Source: an uncultured Gemmatimonadales bacterium
GTDB lineage: Bacteria; Gemmatimonadota; Gemmatimonadetes; Gemmatimonadales; GWC2-71-9
NCBI GenBank assembly: GCA_963798915.1
Contig: CAWCVB010000002.1
Span: 608,001-672,000, forward strand
Direction: 5' to 3'
Length of the DNA stretch: 64,000 bases
This document shows positions 35,529 through 45,418 of this stretch, one piece after another. Numbering within the stretch: the stretch's first letter is position 1; the number at the start of each line of letters is the position of its first letter. The notes beneath the pieces are model-generated. The model ran no database searches. It saw nothing but the letters and a program-made list of their open reading frames with translations, and had not been told where the DNA came from. The position numbers were made by a program, and so were the translations under genes.

Positions 35529-38057
35529 TCAGGTGCCCGCGGCCACCAGGGCGGCGAACCGCGGGTCGTCCCGGAGGGACTTGAACCAGGGATCGCTGGG
35601 GAGGGAACGGCGCATCTGGGGGTTGGCGGCGAGGTAGACCGCGAGCTGATGCAGCGCCTCGTCGGTGTCGCCCAGCATGGTGCGGGTGATGGCCTCGAAC
35701 TGGGCCAGCTCCCGCGGGGGGTCTTCATCAGCTTCGACGCGGGAGCGGGTAACTACATGGCGGGCGCTGTCCTTGAGGCCGGCCCGCGCCAAGGCCCAGG
35801 ACACCAGGATGGAGCCACGCTTGCGCATGAAGTCACGCTGGTTGGGCGGGTTCAGCTCCACGTACTGGTCGAGCAGCTGCCAGAGGCGCGGCACGTCGGG
35901 CGATGTTCCGGGCAGCGCGAAGAGCATGATCTGGCACTCGACCGACCGAGGATCGGCCGCCAGGCGCTGCTGGGCCTCGGCGCACCAGTGCTGGGCCTGC
36001 ACCGGATCACCGAGATCGAAGGACGTTGTGAACAGACGCCAGATGGTGCGATCGACATTGGCGAGGTAAGGATCCAGCTCATACGCTCGGCGCGCAGCCA
36101 GGTTGGCCTCGTTCGGCTCCGGCTTGTTGATGAGCAGGTGGCTGAGGGAGTTGTATGCCGATGCCTGGCCGGGATTGGCGGCGATGGATGCGCGGTAGTC
36201 GGCCTCGGCGCTGGCCATCAGCCTGTCGGCGGCGGCACCGTCCGGCTCGAGCCCCACCAGCCAGCCGTAATATTGGAGCGTGCCACGCAGCTCCAGGGCG
36301 TCGGCATCGGAGGCGTCGAGCTTGAGTGCCGCACGAGCGAACTCCATGGCTCGCGCGAGCTCGCGCCCGTTGTAGGTCTTGTCGAGCGAACCTGACTGGC
36401 GCAGGCGGTCGAAAACGAGCCAGCCGCGTCGCAAGACCGGGGTGATCCAGCGCGAGTCAAGCGCTTCGGCCTCAGCGAGCAGCGAATCGGCATGCTGGTA
36501 CTGCCGGCTGGCGGCGGCGGTATCACCCAGCGCGATGAGCGGCTCTGCGGCGTTGATCTCCTCCTGCGCCCGCTGCAGTGATTCCCACGCGTCGGGATTC
36601 CGCGTGCCCGCCCGGGTCTGCGCGAATTGAATTTCCTGCCCCAGCTGGCGACGCAGGAAGCCGGACACCTGCTCGGCCATGGCATCCTGCAGCCCGAAGA
36701 TATCGCGCCGTGACCGCACCAGCGGGAGACTCTTGATTTCCTCGCCGGTGACGGCGTTGACCAGGGACACCGTTACCCGCAGCGAATCGCCGAACGGGCT
36801 TACCGTGCCGCTCACGAGTGTGCCGACCTTGAGCGCACGGGACAGACTGTCGGGACTGACGGGATTGTCGCGATAGGGCCGCACGCCGTTCTGTGAGATC
36901 ACCTGCAGCGGCTTGACGGCGCTGAGATCGTGAATGAGCGCCTCGGTGAGGCCGTCGGCCAGGAACTGGAGGCTGTCGTCGTTCTGGCGTGTCTCGAAGT
37001 AGAGCACCGCGATGCGCCTGGGATCCGGTCCGGTGGCAGCCGCGGTTGACGCGGTGGACTTCCAGAAATGCCAAGCCGCCAATCCGAGTGCGGCAACCAG
37101 TACCGCTCCGCCCGCCCACCCGGCCCAGCGGGGCACGCGGGAGCGTCGCCCCAGGCGCGGTCGTGATTGGGAGATCCGCCGCGCCATGGTCTGCGACCGG
37201 CGGGCGGCCGGGCTCAGGTCGGCGCGCTTCAGCGCATCGGCAAATTCATTCAGGTCCCGAAACCGGTCGGCCGGCGTCTTCTCGAGCGCTTGGAGAATGG
37301 CCTCCTCGATTTCGTCTGGTACTGATTGGCGAACCACCTGGATGCTGGGCGGCGGCTCCATGGCGTGCTTGGCCAGGATTGCCATGGTGGTCGGCCCCTG
37401 GAACGGCGGCTCCCCCGACAGCAGCTCATACAGCATGCATGCCACGCTGTAGAGATCACTGCGCGCATCCACCGTGCCGAGGCCCGCGGCCTGCTCGGGG
37501 CTCATGTAGGTCGGCGTCCCGATCGACATGCCGGTTTCGGTCAGCTTCTCGGCGCCCGCCTGACTGGCCGCCCGCGCAATACCGAAGTCGGCCACGACCG
37601 CGTGGCCCTGTTCCAGCAGGATGTTTTCCGGCTTGATGTCGCGGTGGACAATGCCCTGGCGGTGCGCGTACTGGAGCGCATCGGCCACTTCGCAGGTGAT
37701 CCGAATGGCGTCGGGCAGGGGAAGCTGCTGTTCCCGGTCGAGGCGATGACGAAGCGACTCGCCGGTAATGAAAGGCATGACGAAATACAGAATCCCGTCG
37801 GCCTCGCCCGAATCGTAGATCGCCAGGATATTGGGATGCTGGAGCTGCGTCGCCAGATGGATTTCGCGCAGGAATCGCTCGCCGCCGAGAGCGGCGGCGA
37901 GCTCGGGTCGGAGGACCTTGATGGCAACGGTGCGGTTGTGCTTGAGGTCGCGCGCCAGATAGACCAGGGCCATGCCGCCCTGACCCAGCAGGCGCTCGAC
38001 CGCATAGCGATCGGCCAGCGCGGTGCGAATCCGGTCGAGGGAGTCGCGCACGTCCAT
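35529..38057 (-). CDS. Membrane Ser/Thr protein kinase with TolB-like/TPR extracytoplasmic region
   Basis: LGQGGMA, VAIK, HRDIKPEN, DFG, GTPTYMSPEQ; TM helix; IAVLYF and helical repeats. Confidence 0.93.
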   Translation of the reverse strand: MDVRDSLDRIRTALADRYAVERLLGQGGMALVYLARDLKHNRTVAIKVLRPELAAALGGERFLREIHLATQLQHPNILAIYDSGEADGILYFVMPFITGESLRHRLDREQQLPLPDAIRITCEVADALQYAHRQGIVHRDIKPENILLEQGHAVVADFGIARAASQAGAEKLTETGMSIGTPTYMSPEQAAGLGTVDARSDLYSVACMLYELLSGEPPFQGPTTMAILAKHAMEPPPSIQVVRQSVPDEIEEAILQALEKTPADRFRDLNEFADALKRADLSPAARRSQTMARRISQSRPRLGRRSRVPRWAGWAGGAVLVAALGLAAWHFWKSTASTAAATGPDPRRIAVLYFETRQNDDSLQFLADGLTEALIHDLSAVKPLQVISQNGVRPYRDNPVSPDSLSRALKVGTLVSGTVSPFGDSLRVTVSLVNAVTGEEIKSLPLVRSRRDIFGLQDAMAEQVSGFLRRQLGQEIQFAQTRAGTRNPDAWESLQRAQEEINAAEPLIALGDTAAASRQYQHADSLLAEAEALDSRWITPVLRRGWLVFDRLRQSGSLDKTYNGRELARAMEFARAALKLDASDADALELRGTLQYYGWLVGLEPDGAAADRLMASAEADYRASIAANPGQASAYNSLSHLLINKPEPNEANLAARRAYELDPYLANVDRTIWRLFTTSFDLGDPVQAQHWCAEAQQRLAADPRSVECQIMLFALPGTSPDVPRLWQLLDQYVELNPPNQRDFMRKRGSILVSWALARAGLKDSARHVVTRSRVEADEDPPRELAQFEAITRTMLGDTDEALHQLAVYLAANPQMRRSLPSDPWFKSLRDDPRFAALVAAGT

Positions 38058-38133
38058 CCTTCCGGTAATGAAGCTTGGCCTGCAGAGACCTGAGTATAGA
38101 CGCGGTGGCGGGGCGGCGCGAGTGGCGGCGACG

Positions 38134-38550
38134 CTATGCCCGCCGTGGAGCGGCCGGTTCGGCCGGAAGCTCGAAGTCCTCGACCGTTGCAGGCCGGACC
38201 CAGAGATCGAACGCCAGAAAAAGCGTTCGCGAAAATGGGAAGCCGGCAATCGGCATGACCAGCATCAGCGCCAGCGTGGTGGCGAGGAGGAGCAGCCAGT
38301 CGGGCGAGGGCCAGCTCAGTACCAGGTACCCGACAAACCAGAGCACGAAGGCTGTCTCCATCAACACCAGGTTGACGAAATAGGCGCCCAGCCAGTAGCC
38401 GCGCTCACCCCGTTCAAAGCGGAACCCGCAGGCAGGGCAGGTCGGGAGCATGCTGAACCAGCTAGTGAACACGGGGTGGCCCCCGCAGGAGGGACAGCGG
38501 AGCCGGATCGCCCGGCCGGCCAGACGTCCCGCCTCAGCAAGCGTGCTCAT
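38134..38550 (-). CDS. DUF983 family membrane protein
   Basis: RCPSCG..F...CPACG followed by two TM helices. Confidence 0.85.
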   Translation of the reverse strand: MSTLAEAGRLAGRAIRLRCPSCGGHPVFTSWFSMLPTCPACGFRFERGERGYWLGAYFVNLVLMETAFVLWFVGYLVLSWPSPDWLLLLATTLALMLVMPIAGFPFSRTLFLAFDLWVRPATVEDFELPAEPAAPRRA

Positions 38551-38564
38551 CCTGACGGCGCCCG

Positions 38565-39101
38565 CTAGCTGCGGAGGACCAGGGTTGGCCGGCCCTCGTC
38601 CAGCCACGTGCCGGGATCGGACCGCACCGCGGCGATTGTCGTGGTTGCGACCGGCTCAGGTGGTTCGCGTCCATCGAACGGCAGCATCGCAAACGGCTGC
38701 GCGGCGAACTCATGGTAATACAGGCTTCGACCCGCATTGCGCAGGTGCTCGGCGACAAAGGCGGCCAGCACGGCCTGCCATTCTTCCGGGCTGCGATCGA
38801 GGTGGCTGCCCTCGCGATGCCGATCGAGCGCAGCGATCATCTCGGCCCGGGTCAATCCAAGTGCGCGGTAGCGGTGGCGCAGCTCCGATTCTTCGCGGTG
38901 GTGCCGGGGATCGCGCTGGAGGAAGAAATCACAGGCGCAGGACCCCACGAGCAGCCGGGCCGCCGTCTGCCCGCCCGAGATGAGCGCGAGCAGCTGCCGG
39001 CCCGGGCCGGGAGGGAGCGAATCCGCGACCAGCCCCGCTGGCAACATGGAGCGCACTTCGCTGAGGGTGAGCGGGCTGGCACAGTAGAGGAAGTGACACA
39101 T
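38565..39101 (-). CDS. Hypothetical protein (Cys-containing)
   Basis: 178-aa ORF in operon orientation; MCHFLYC and CACDF. Confidence 0.6.
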   Translation of the reverse strand: MCHFLYCASPLTLSEVRSMLPAGLVADSLPPGPGRQLLALISGGQTAARLLVGSCACDFFLQRDPRHHREESELRHRYRALGLTRAEMIAALDRHREGSHLDRSPEEWQAVLAAFVAEHLRNAGRSLYYHEFAAQPFAMLPFDGREPPEPVATTTIAAVRSDPGTWLDEGRPTLVLRS

Positions 39102-39124
39102 GGATGGGCGCGGCGCCGGGGAGA

Positions 39125-39508
39125 TCAGCTATCCACGTCGTCGCGCATCAGCACGAGGATCGCTGCCTGGGGCACCACCAGGTATTTCTGGTTTTCGAAG
39201 GAGATCTCGACCGCTGCCTTCCGGAAGAAGATGGCATGATCTCCCACCTGCGCCTGCATGCCGCGACGGGATGGCTTCCGCGACACGGCCTTCCATGGCT
39301 CGTCATCCAGGCTGGAAAAATCGGCGACCGGTTCGCCGGGCCCCACCACCACGATCACGCCGCCCTGCACCTGCTGCGACTCGATGGCCGTGGCGGGCAG
39401 ATAGAGTCCCACGTGCGTGCGGTCCTCGCCCTCCTCGGGACGAATGAGCACGCGGTCGCCGACCACCATGAGGTGGGGCGGGGTCGGCTTCATCGGGTCG
39501 GGCGTCAC
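39125..39508 (-). CDS. GroES/Cpn10-family protein (no adjacent groEL)
   Basis: VGDRVLIRP, GLYLP, GVIVVVGPG, VGDHAIF, YLVVPQAAIL. Confidence 0.85.
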   Translation of the reverse strand: MTPDPMKPTPPHLMVVGDRVLIRPEEGEDRTHVGLYLPATAIESQQVQGGVIVVVGPGEPVADFSSLDDEPWKAVSRKPSRRGMQAQVGDHAIFFRKAAVEISFENQKYLVVPQAAILVLMRDDVDS

Positions 39509-39990
39509 TCCTCCGCTGCCCCTTCCATCTGATGAATGGTCACGATCTCAGTCACGCGCAGCTGGCGTGCGCCGGCTGGCAGGCGCAGGGAAATCTCGTC
39601 GCCCTCCTGCCGGTCCTTGAGTGCGCGGCCGAGCGGTGATGCGAGCGAGATGTGACCCGCATCGATGTCCATCATTTCCGCCAGCACCAGCATGTACGTA
39701 TCGGTTTCCCGGGTCTCGAGATCGAAGACCGTGACACGGGAGCCGAGACCCACCCGGTCGGTGGGCGCTTCAGTGCTGGCGAGCTGGGTCAACTGATTGA
39801 GGCGGGCATGGAGCTGCCCCAGGCGGGCCTGCACGAACTGCTGCCGCTCGAGCGCCGCCTTGTACTCGGAATTTTCGCGCAGGTCGCCCATTTCCACGGC
39901 GGTGGCGATGGCCTGCGGGAGTGTCACATTCAATTCTCGGCTCAACGCGTCTATCTCGCGGCCGAGCTTTTCGCGCATTTCTCGAATCAT
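39505..39990 (-). CDS. greA: Transcription elongation factor GreA/GreB
   Basis: GDLRENSEY and ISLASPLGRAL. Confidence 0.92.
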   Translation of the reverse strand: MIREMREKLGREIDALSRELNVTLPQAIATAVEMGDLRENSEYKAALERQQFVQARLGQLHARLNQLTQLASTEAPTDRVGLGSRVTVFDLETRETDTYMLVLAEMMDIDAGHISLASPLGRALKDRQEGDEISLRLPAGARQLRVTEIVTIHQMEGAAEE

Positions 39991-40009
39991 GGGAGTTTCG
40001 ATAAGGGAC

Positions 40010-40045
40010 AATAAAGACAGGGCCCGGGACCGCTCGGCCCCGGGC
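40010..40045 (-). promoter_or_regulatory. Hairpin plus imperfect U-tract in the greA leader (possible attenuator)
   Basis: GCCCGGGGCC-GAGC-GGUCCCGGGC-CCUGUCUUUAUU downstream of TATACT (40068-40073). Confidence 0.45.
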
Positions 40046-40096
40046 GTCGGATATTCATGTCCATAATAGTATACGGCCGGGGGAACCCCGCGGCCA

Positions 40097-40137
40097 GAGG
40101 GCCCGGCGCATTGCCAAGCCCTGCCGGGCCCTCCTAC
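40097..40137 (-). repeat. REP-like palindrome with GTAG foot
   Basis: GTAG-GAGGGCCCGGC-N15-GCCGGGCCCTC, 11-bp perfect stem. Confidence 0.55.
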
Positions 40138-40196
40138 GTTTGGCTCCGGCCGAGCCGTGGATGGTCTCGGCGTTCACCATTGCGACTCCCAAGAGG

Positions 40197-40646
40197 ATGT
40201 TTCGAGTGTCGACCGTTCATGCCCGCCTGTTTTCCCTGCTCTCTTTGCTCGTGGTTGCCATTGTGGTACTGACGGGCGCCAGGAGCATGCATCTTCACCT
40301 CGAAGCGTCGGTGCCGGCGGCTGACAGCCGTGTGACCAGCGCTCCCCGGCAGATCCTGCTGCGCTTCAGTTCCCATCCCGAAGTCGCGCTGGCCCGGGTG
40401 CAGCTCCTGGGTCCCGACAGCGCCGTCGTCGCCACCGGCAAGCCGACGGAAGCGGCTGACTCGCTGACCCTGGCCGTTCCTGTTCGCGGCAAGCTCGGGC
40501 CCGGGCGTTACACGGTTCGCTGGCGAGCGGCCGGCCGTGACGGGCACCCGGCCATGGGAGAGTTTGTGTTTGCCGTGCGTGAGGAGCCACAGCAGCAATC
40601 CGCGCCCAACAGCACCTCACGCGATCATTCGACCAACCAGAGCTGA
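40197..40646 (+). CDS. copC: Copper resistance protein CopC
   Basis: Signal peptide; HLHLEASVPA, LRFS, YTVRWRAAGRDGH. Confidence 0.88.
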   Translation: MFRVSTVHARLFSLLSLLVVAIVVLTGARSMHLHLEASVPAADSRVTSAPRQILLRFSSHPEVALARVQLLGPDSAVVATGKPTEAADSLTLAVPVRGKLGPGRYTVRWRAAGRDGHPAMGEFVFAVREEPQQQSAPNSTSRDHSTNQS

Positions 40647-40712
40647 TCGCGTGATACCAGGCGCAGTCGCCGCCGAGCCCTCGACCTACAGTCCGGAAGG
40701 TGTCGCTTCCTG

Positions 40713-41633
40713 ATGGATCCGACGCCTCTGATCGATGCCGCGACGCCGGTGCGCTGGGTCGGCTACCTGGCCCTTTTCCCGCTGGCTGGCACACTAGTGT
40801 TGCGCAGGCTGGTGCAAGGAATGGTGGGCCAGAGTCATCCCGTGGCGGCGCACGCGCTGATCGAGCGTGCCCGGACGCTCGGGCTGCTGGCCGGTCTGGT
40901 GCTCATGCCATCGCTGGCGCTGCGACTCTACTTTCAGGTGCGTTCCTTTGCCCTGCCGGGCGAGCCGCTGACGTGGAGTGCTGCGCAGCCCATCCTGGAG
41001 TCCACCAGCTGGGGACACGGATGGGAGTGGCAGGCGGCCTCAGGATTGCTGGCCCTCTGCGGACTGTTCCTGGCCGGCCGGCATCGTGCAGGGTGGACCA
41101 TCGCGGCCCTGGCTGTTGTGTCGCTGATCTGGGCCTTTCCGCTCACGGGACACGCCGCTGAACATCGCTGGGGTCCGTTGGTCGGCGTGGGCCTTCAGGG
41201 CCTGCACCTGGGCGGCGGTGTGCTCTGGCTCGGGAGTCTCAGTGTCATGATGGCAGTTGTCTATCGCGAGCGTTCCGCTTCAGCCGAACGTGAAGAAATC
41301 CTGGCCCGCCTGGTGAAAGGGTATTCGCCGCTGGCCCTGACCGGAGCGGCCATGGTGGCTGGGGCAGGGGTGCTTCTGGCCCTCAGCGATGTTGCCTCCT
41401 GGAGCGCGCTCGCCAGCACGACCTACGGCAGGGTGCTGCTCCTCAAGCTGGCGCTGCTCGGTGGCATCGTGCTCCTCGGCTATCACAATTGGCGGCGAGT
41501 CCGGCCCGCTCTGGGCACTCCACCAGCCGCCAGGCGGCTGGCGCGCTCGGCCTCCCTCGAACTCCTCATCGGCACGCTGGTGCTCGCCGCGACGGCGACG
41601 CTGGTGGCTCTTCCCGCACCGGGACTCAACTGA
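40713..41633 (+). CDS. copD: Copper resistance protein CopD
   Basis: Multi-TM; LTGHA, HLGGGVLWLGSL, TYGRVLLLKL. Confidence 0.88.
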   Translation: MDPTPLIDAATPVRWVGYLALFPLAGTLVLRRLVQGMVGQSHPVAAHALIERARTLGLLAGLVLMPSLALRLYFQVRSFALPGEPLTWSAAQPILESTSWGHGWEWQAASGLLALCGLFLAGRHRAGWTIAALAVVSLIWAFPLTGHAAEHRWGPLVGVGLQGLHLGGGVLWLGSLSVMMAVVYRERSASAEREEILARLVKGYSPLALTGAAMVAGAGVLLALSDVASWSALASTTYGRVLLLKLALLGGIVLLGYHNWRRVRPALGTPPAARRLARSASLELLIGTLVLAATATLVALPAPGLN

Positions 41634-42292
41634 TGCGACGACTCATTCTTTTCATGACGATCATGGGCGCGGCTGGCTGCGCCCACCGCGGCCAGCCCGC
41701 CACGACACCGCCGCCGGTGGTGTCCGACGCAGCGGCCGATTCGTTGCTGATGGACGTGCGCCAGGTGGATTCCACCATTCAAGTGGAACTCCGATACGCC
41801 ACCACCAATAACTTTACCGGTGCGGTGCTGCCGGGCTACCAGGGGAACACGGCCTACCTTCGGCGGGAGGCGGCCGCCGCGCTGGGCCGAGTGCAGCGGG
41901 ATTTGCGGACCGAGGGGTTGGGGCTCAGGATCTACGATGCCTACCGGCCGGTGCGCGCCACCCTCGGCATGGTGACGTGGGCCGAGCGGACCGGACAGGT
42001 GCACCTGCTGGACGACGGCTACATCGCGCGGCGAAGCCAGCACAACCTCGGTGTGGCGGTTGATCTCACCCTGGTGGATCTGGCCACCAACCAGCCGCTC
42101 CCCATGGGCACGCCATTCGACACCTTTTCGGCGGACGCGCACACGGCCAATGCCAGGGGCCCGGCGCGCATCAACCGCGACCGGCTGGTTGGCGCAATGG
42201 AACGTGAGGGATGGAGCAATTATGCGCAGGAATGGTGGCACTTTACGTTCCGGGTGGAAGACCCGGTCGCGTTTGACAGAATCGTTCGCTGA
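41633..42292 (+). CDS. D-Ala-D-Ala dipeptidase (M15D, VanX/DdpX-like) lipoprotein
   Basis: Lipobox AAGC; RYATTNNF, YDAYRP, SQHNLGVAVD, EWWHF. Confidence 0.92.
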   Translation: MRRLILFMTIMGAAGCAHRGQPATTPPPVVSDAAADSLLMDVRQVDSTIQVELRYATTNNFTGAVLPGYQGNTAYLRREAAAALGRVQRDLRTEGLGLRIYDAYRPVRATLGMVTWAERTGQVHLLDDGYIARRSQHNLGVAVDLTLVDLATNQPLPMGTPFDTFSADAHTANARGPARINRDRLVGAMEREGWSNYAQEWWHFTFRVEDPVAFDRIVR

Positions 42293-42383
42293 TTCCTTGA
42301 TTTTGGAGGAGTGACCCGATAACATGTCTCCTCTTGGACCGGGCCCCGGTCCCATGTCTTCATTCCGACAGGAACCGTCTGTC

Positions 42384-43493
42384 ATGGCTTTGTGGACTCG
42401 TGTGGCCTGCCGTTTCCGCCGGTGGGTGCCCGCCGTCCTGATTCCGCTCGCGACCGTGGCGTGCATCGGGACATCGGCGCAATACCCGCAGAGCACCTTG
42501 CATCCCAAGTCCGATTTCACGCGACTGCTGGACGGCGTCCTGATGAACTCCGTCTGGGCGGCCATCGTGGTATTCGTCCTGGTCGAGGGCGCGCTGGTCT
42601 GGGTGGTGTTCCGCTACCGGGGCCGGCCGGACGATCCGGAGCCGCGGCAGGTGCATGGCAACACCACACTGGAGATCATCTGGACCGCCATTCCGGCGCT
42701 GTTGCTGGCCGTCATCGCGGTGCCGACCGTCAAGGCGATTTTCCAGACCTATGAATTTCCCAAGGATGCGCTGAACGTCGAGGTGATCGGTCACCAGTGG
42801 TGGTGGGAGTTCCGCTACCCCGACTACGGGGTGCGTACGGCCAACGAGCTGCACGTGCCGGTCGGGAAGCGGGTCCTGCTCAAGATGAAGACCGCCGATG
42901 TCCTGCACAGCTTCTGGTCCCCGGAATTCGCCGGCAAGCGCGATGTGTTCCCCAATCGGACCAACACGCTCTGGTTTACGGCCGACACCACGGGCTATTT
43001 CTCGGGGCAATGCGCGGAGTTCTGCGGGACCCAGCACGGCCGCATGGCGTTCGAAATCAAGTCCACCTCACCCGACGAATTCGCGACCTACATCGCCGGC
43101 CTCAAGGCCACGGCTCCAAAGGCCGCGGCCGATTCGGCGGCGACGGCGCCGGCGAACCCCGAGCCGACCAGGGTGAGCACGCTGGCGGCGGCCACACGGC
43201 AGCTCGACCCGGCGGACCAGGCGGCGGTGGACAGCGGGGCCAAGATCTTCCGGATGTGCAGTTCCTGCCATTCGCTCGACGCCACCTCGACGGCCAACAT
43301 GATCGGCCCCAACCTGGCCAACATCGGCAGCCGGCGCTATATCGGCGCCCGCACCCTGCTCAACACGGAAGCAAACCTGGCCACCTGGATCTTCGATCCA
43401 CAGGCCATCAAGCATGGCGTCATCATGCCGAAGCTCGGGCTCACGCACGAGCAGGCGGCCATGGTGGCCAAGTATCTCGGGACGCACCGGTAA
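42384..43493 (+). CDS. coxB: Cytochrome c oxidase subunit II with fused cytochrome c (caa3 type); start uncertain
   Basis: HQWWWEF, DVLHSF, CAEFCGTQHGRM (CuA), CSSCH heme motif. Confidence 0.95.
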   Translation: MALWTRVACRFRRWVPAVLIPLATVACIGTSAQYPQSTLHPKSDFTRLLDGVLMNSVWAAIVVFVLVEGALVWVVFRYRGRPDDPEPRQVHGNTTLEIIWTAIPALLLAVIAVPTVKAIFQTYEFPKDALNVEVIGHQWWWEFRYPDYGVRTANELHVPVGKRVLLKMKTADVLHSFWSPEFAGKRDVFPNRTNTLWFTADTTGYFSGQCAEFCGTQHGRMAFEIKSTSPDEFATYIAGLKATAPKAAADSAATAPANPEPTRVSTLAAATRQLDPADQAAVDSGAKIFRMCSSCHSLDATSTANMIGPNLANIGSRRYIGARTLLNTEANLATWIFDPQAIKHGVIMPKLGLTHEQAAMVAKYLGTHR

Positions 43494-43505
43494 CCCAAGG
43501 CGATC

Positions 43506-45338
43506 ATGGCAACCTCCGCGGTCTCACACGCTGACCAGATTCCCGACATCCATGCAGAGAAACGGGGTCTCTGGAGCTGGATTACCACGGTCGATCACAA
43601 GCGGATCGGCATTCTCTACGGCGTCAGTGCCTTCACCTTCTTCCTGATCGGTGGCCTGGAGGCGCTGGTCATCCGCTGGCAGCTGGCCCGGCCTGACAGT
43701 ACGGTGGTCACGCCGGAGTTCTACAACGAGCTGTTCACCATGCACGGCACGACCATGATCTTCCTGGCCGTGATGCCATTGAGCGCGATGTTCTTCAATT
43801 TCTTCATCCCGCTCCAGCTGGGCGCCCGCGACGTGGCGTTCCCGCGGCTCAATGCGTTCAGCTACTGGGTGTTCCTGTTTGGCGGGTTGTGGCTCAACCT
43901 GAGCTTCCTGTTCCACGCGGCACCCAACGCAGGCTGGTTCGGCTACGCCAACCTGACCTCAAAGGAGTTCTCGCCCGGGCTCAACATCGATTTCTGGGTC
44001 ATCGGTCTCCAGATCCTTGGCATCTCCTCGCTGGCGGCGGCCGTCAACTTCTTCACCACGATCGTGAACCTCCGGGCCAAGGGCATGAAGTTCATGCGGA
44101 TGCCCATGTTCACGTGGATGAGCTTCATTACCCAGGTCCTGCTCCTGCTGGCCTTTCCGGTCATCACGGTCGCGCTGATCCTGCTGATGTTCGACCGCTT
44201 CTTCGGCACGCATTTCTACATTCCGGCCAGCGGCGGCGACCCGATCCTGTGGCAGCATCTCTTCTGGATCTTCGGCCACCCTGAAGTGTACATCCTCATT
44301 CTCCCGGGCTTCGGCATTGTGAGCGAGGTGCTGCCGGTGTTCGCGCGCAAGCCGCTGTTCGGCTACGCGGCGATGGTCTTCTCCGGCGTGTTCATCGCCT
44401 TTCTTGGCTTCGGAGTCTGGGCGCACCACATGTTCGCCACCGGCATGGGTCCGATTGCCGATACCGCCTTCAGCCTGAGCACGATGCTCATCGCGATCCC
44501 GACGGGCGTCAAGATCTTCAACTGGCTGGGCACGCTGGCGGGCGGCTCACTCCAGATGAAGACGCCGCTGTACTTCGCGATCGGCTTCATTGCGATGTTC
44601 ATCATCGGCGGTCTCTCGGGCGTGATGCACGCGTCGCCGCCGGCCGACCTGCAGCAGACCGACAGTTACTTCGTGGTGGCGCACTTTCACTACGTGCTGT
44701 TCGGCGGCTCCATCTTTGCGCTGACCTCGGGGGCGTATTACTGGTGGCCCAAGATGTTCGGCCGCATGCTGAGCGAGTCGCTGGGCAAGGCCCACTTCTG
44801 GCTCATGCTCATCGCCTTCAACATGACCTTCTTCCCCATGCACTTCGTGGGGCTGCACGGCATGCCGCGGCGGGTGTACACCTACCCCGCCGGTCTGGGC
44901 TTCGAGACCATGAACATGCTGGAGACGGTGGGCGCATTCCTGCTGGCGCTGTCCCAGTTGATCTTCATCTACAACATCATCAAGACCTGGCGCGGCCCTC
45001 GGAACGCGCCGGCCGACCCGTGGAACGGGGCGACACTGGAGTGGGCCATTCCCTCGCCGCCGCAGGAATTCAACTTCCCGGTTGAGCCGGAAGTCCACAG
45101 CCGCGACCCGCTGTGGGAGCAGAAGCGCCAGGAGGGGCGGCTGCCGGAGCCAGTGCGGGTGGGCGGTGCCGGCATTCACCTGCCCAATCCGTCGTTCTGG
45201 CCGCTGCTGACGGCCACGGGCGTCGGCGGCATTTTCGTCTCCCTGATGGTCCTGCCGCATCTGGGCTGGTGGTTTGTGGTCGCCATGGTGCTGTGGTTCC
45301 TGTTCAGCGTGTATAACTGGATCTTTGAACCTGCGTGA
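43506..45338 (+). CDS. coxA: Cytochrome c oxidase subunit I (A1 type)
   Basis: DHKRIG, HGTTM, GHPEVY, WAHH, HFHY; two extra C-terminal TM helices. Confidence 0.97.
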   Translation: MATSAVSHADQIPDIHAEKRGLWSWITTVDHKRIGILYGVSAFTFFLIGGLEALVIRWQLARPDSTVVTPEFYNELFTMHGTTMIFLAVMPLSAMFFNFFIPLQLGARDVAFPRLNAFSYWVFLFGGLWLNLSFLFHAAPNAGWFGYANLTSKEFSPGLNIDFWVIGLQILGISSLAAAVNFFTTIVNLRAKGMKFMRMPMFTWMSFITQVLLLLAFPVITVALILLMFDRFFGTHFYIPASGGDPILWQHLFWIFGHPEVYILILPGFGIVSEVLPVFARKPLFGYAAMVFSGVFIAFLGFGVWAHHMFATGMGPIADTAFSLSTMLIAIPTGVKIFNWLGTLAGGSLQMKTPLYFAIGFIAMFIIGGLSGVMHASPPADLQQTDSYFVVAHFHYVLFGGSIFALTSGAYYWWPKMFGRMLSESLGKAHFWLMLIAFNMTFFPMHFVGLHGMPRRVYTYPAGLGFETMNMLETVGAFLLALSQLIFIYNIIKTWRGPRNAPADPWNGATLEWAIPSPPQEFNFPVEPEVHSRDPLWEQKRQEGRLPEPVRVGGAGIHLPNPSFWPLLTATGVGGIFVSLMVLPHLGWWFVVAMVLWFLFSVYNWIFEPA

Positions 45339-45408
45339 TGGGTCACTGGTCGAGGGTCATGGGTCACGAGACCCGTGACTCATGACTCATGACTCACGAC
45401 TCATGACC
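45338..45408. repeat. Inverted heptamer arrays (TGGGTCA-like / TGACTCA-like) between coxA and coxC
   Basis: Read directly; the arms can pair. Confidence 0.85.
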
Positions 45409-45418
45409 GGAGTCCTCA

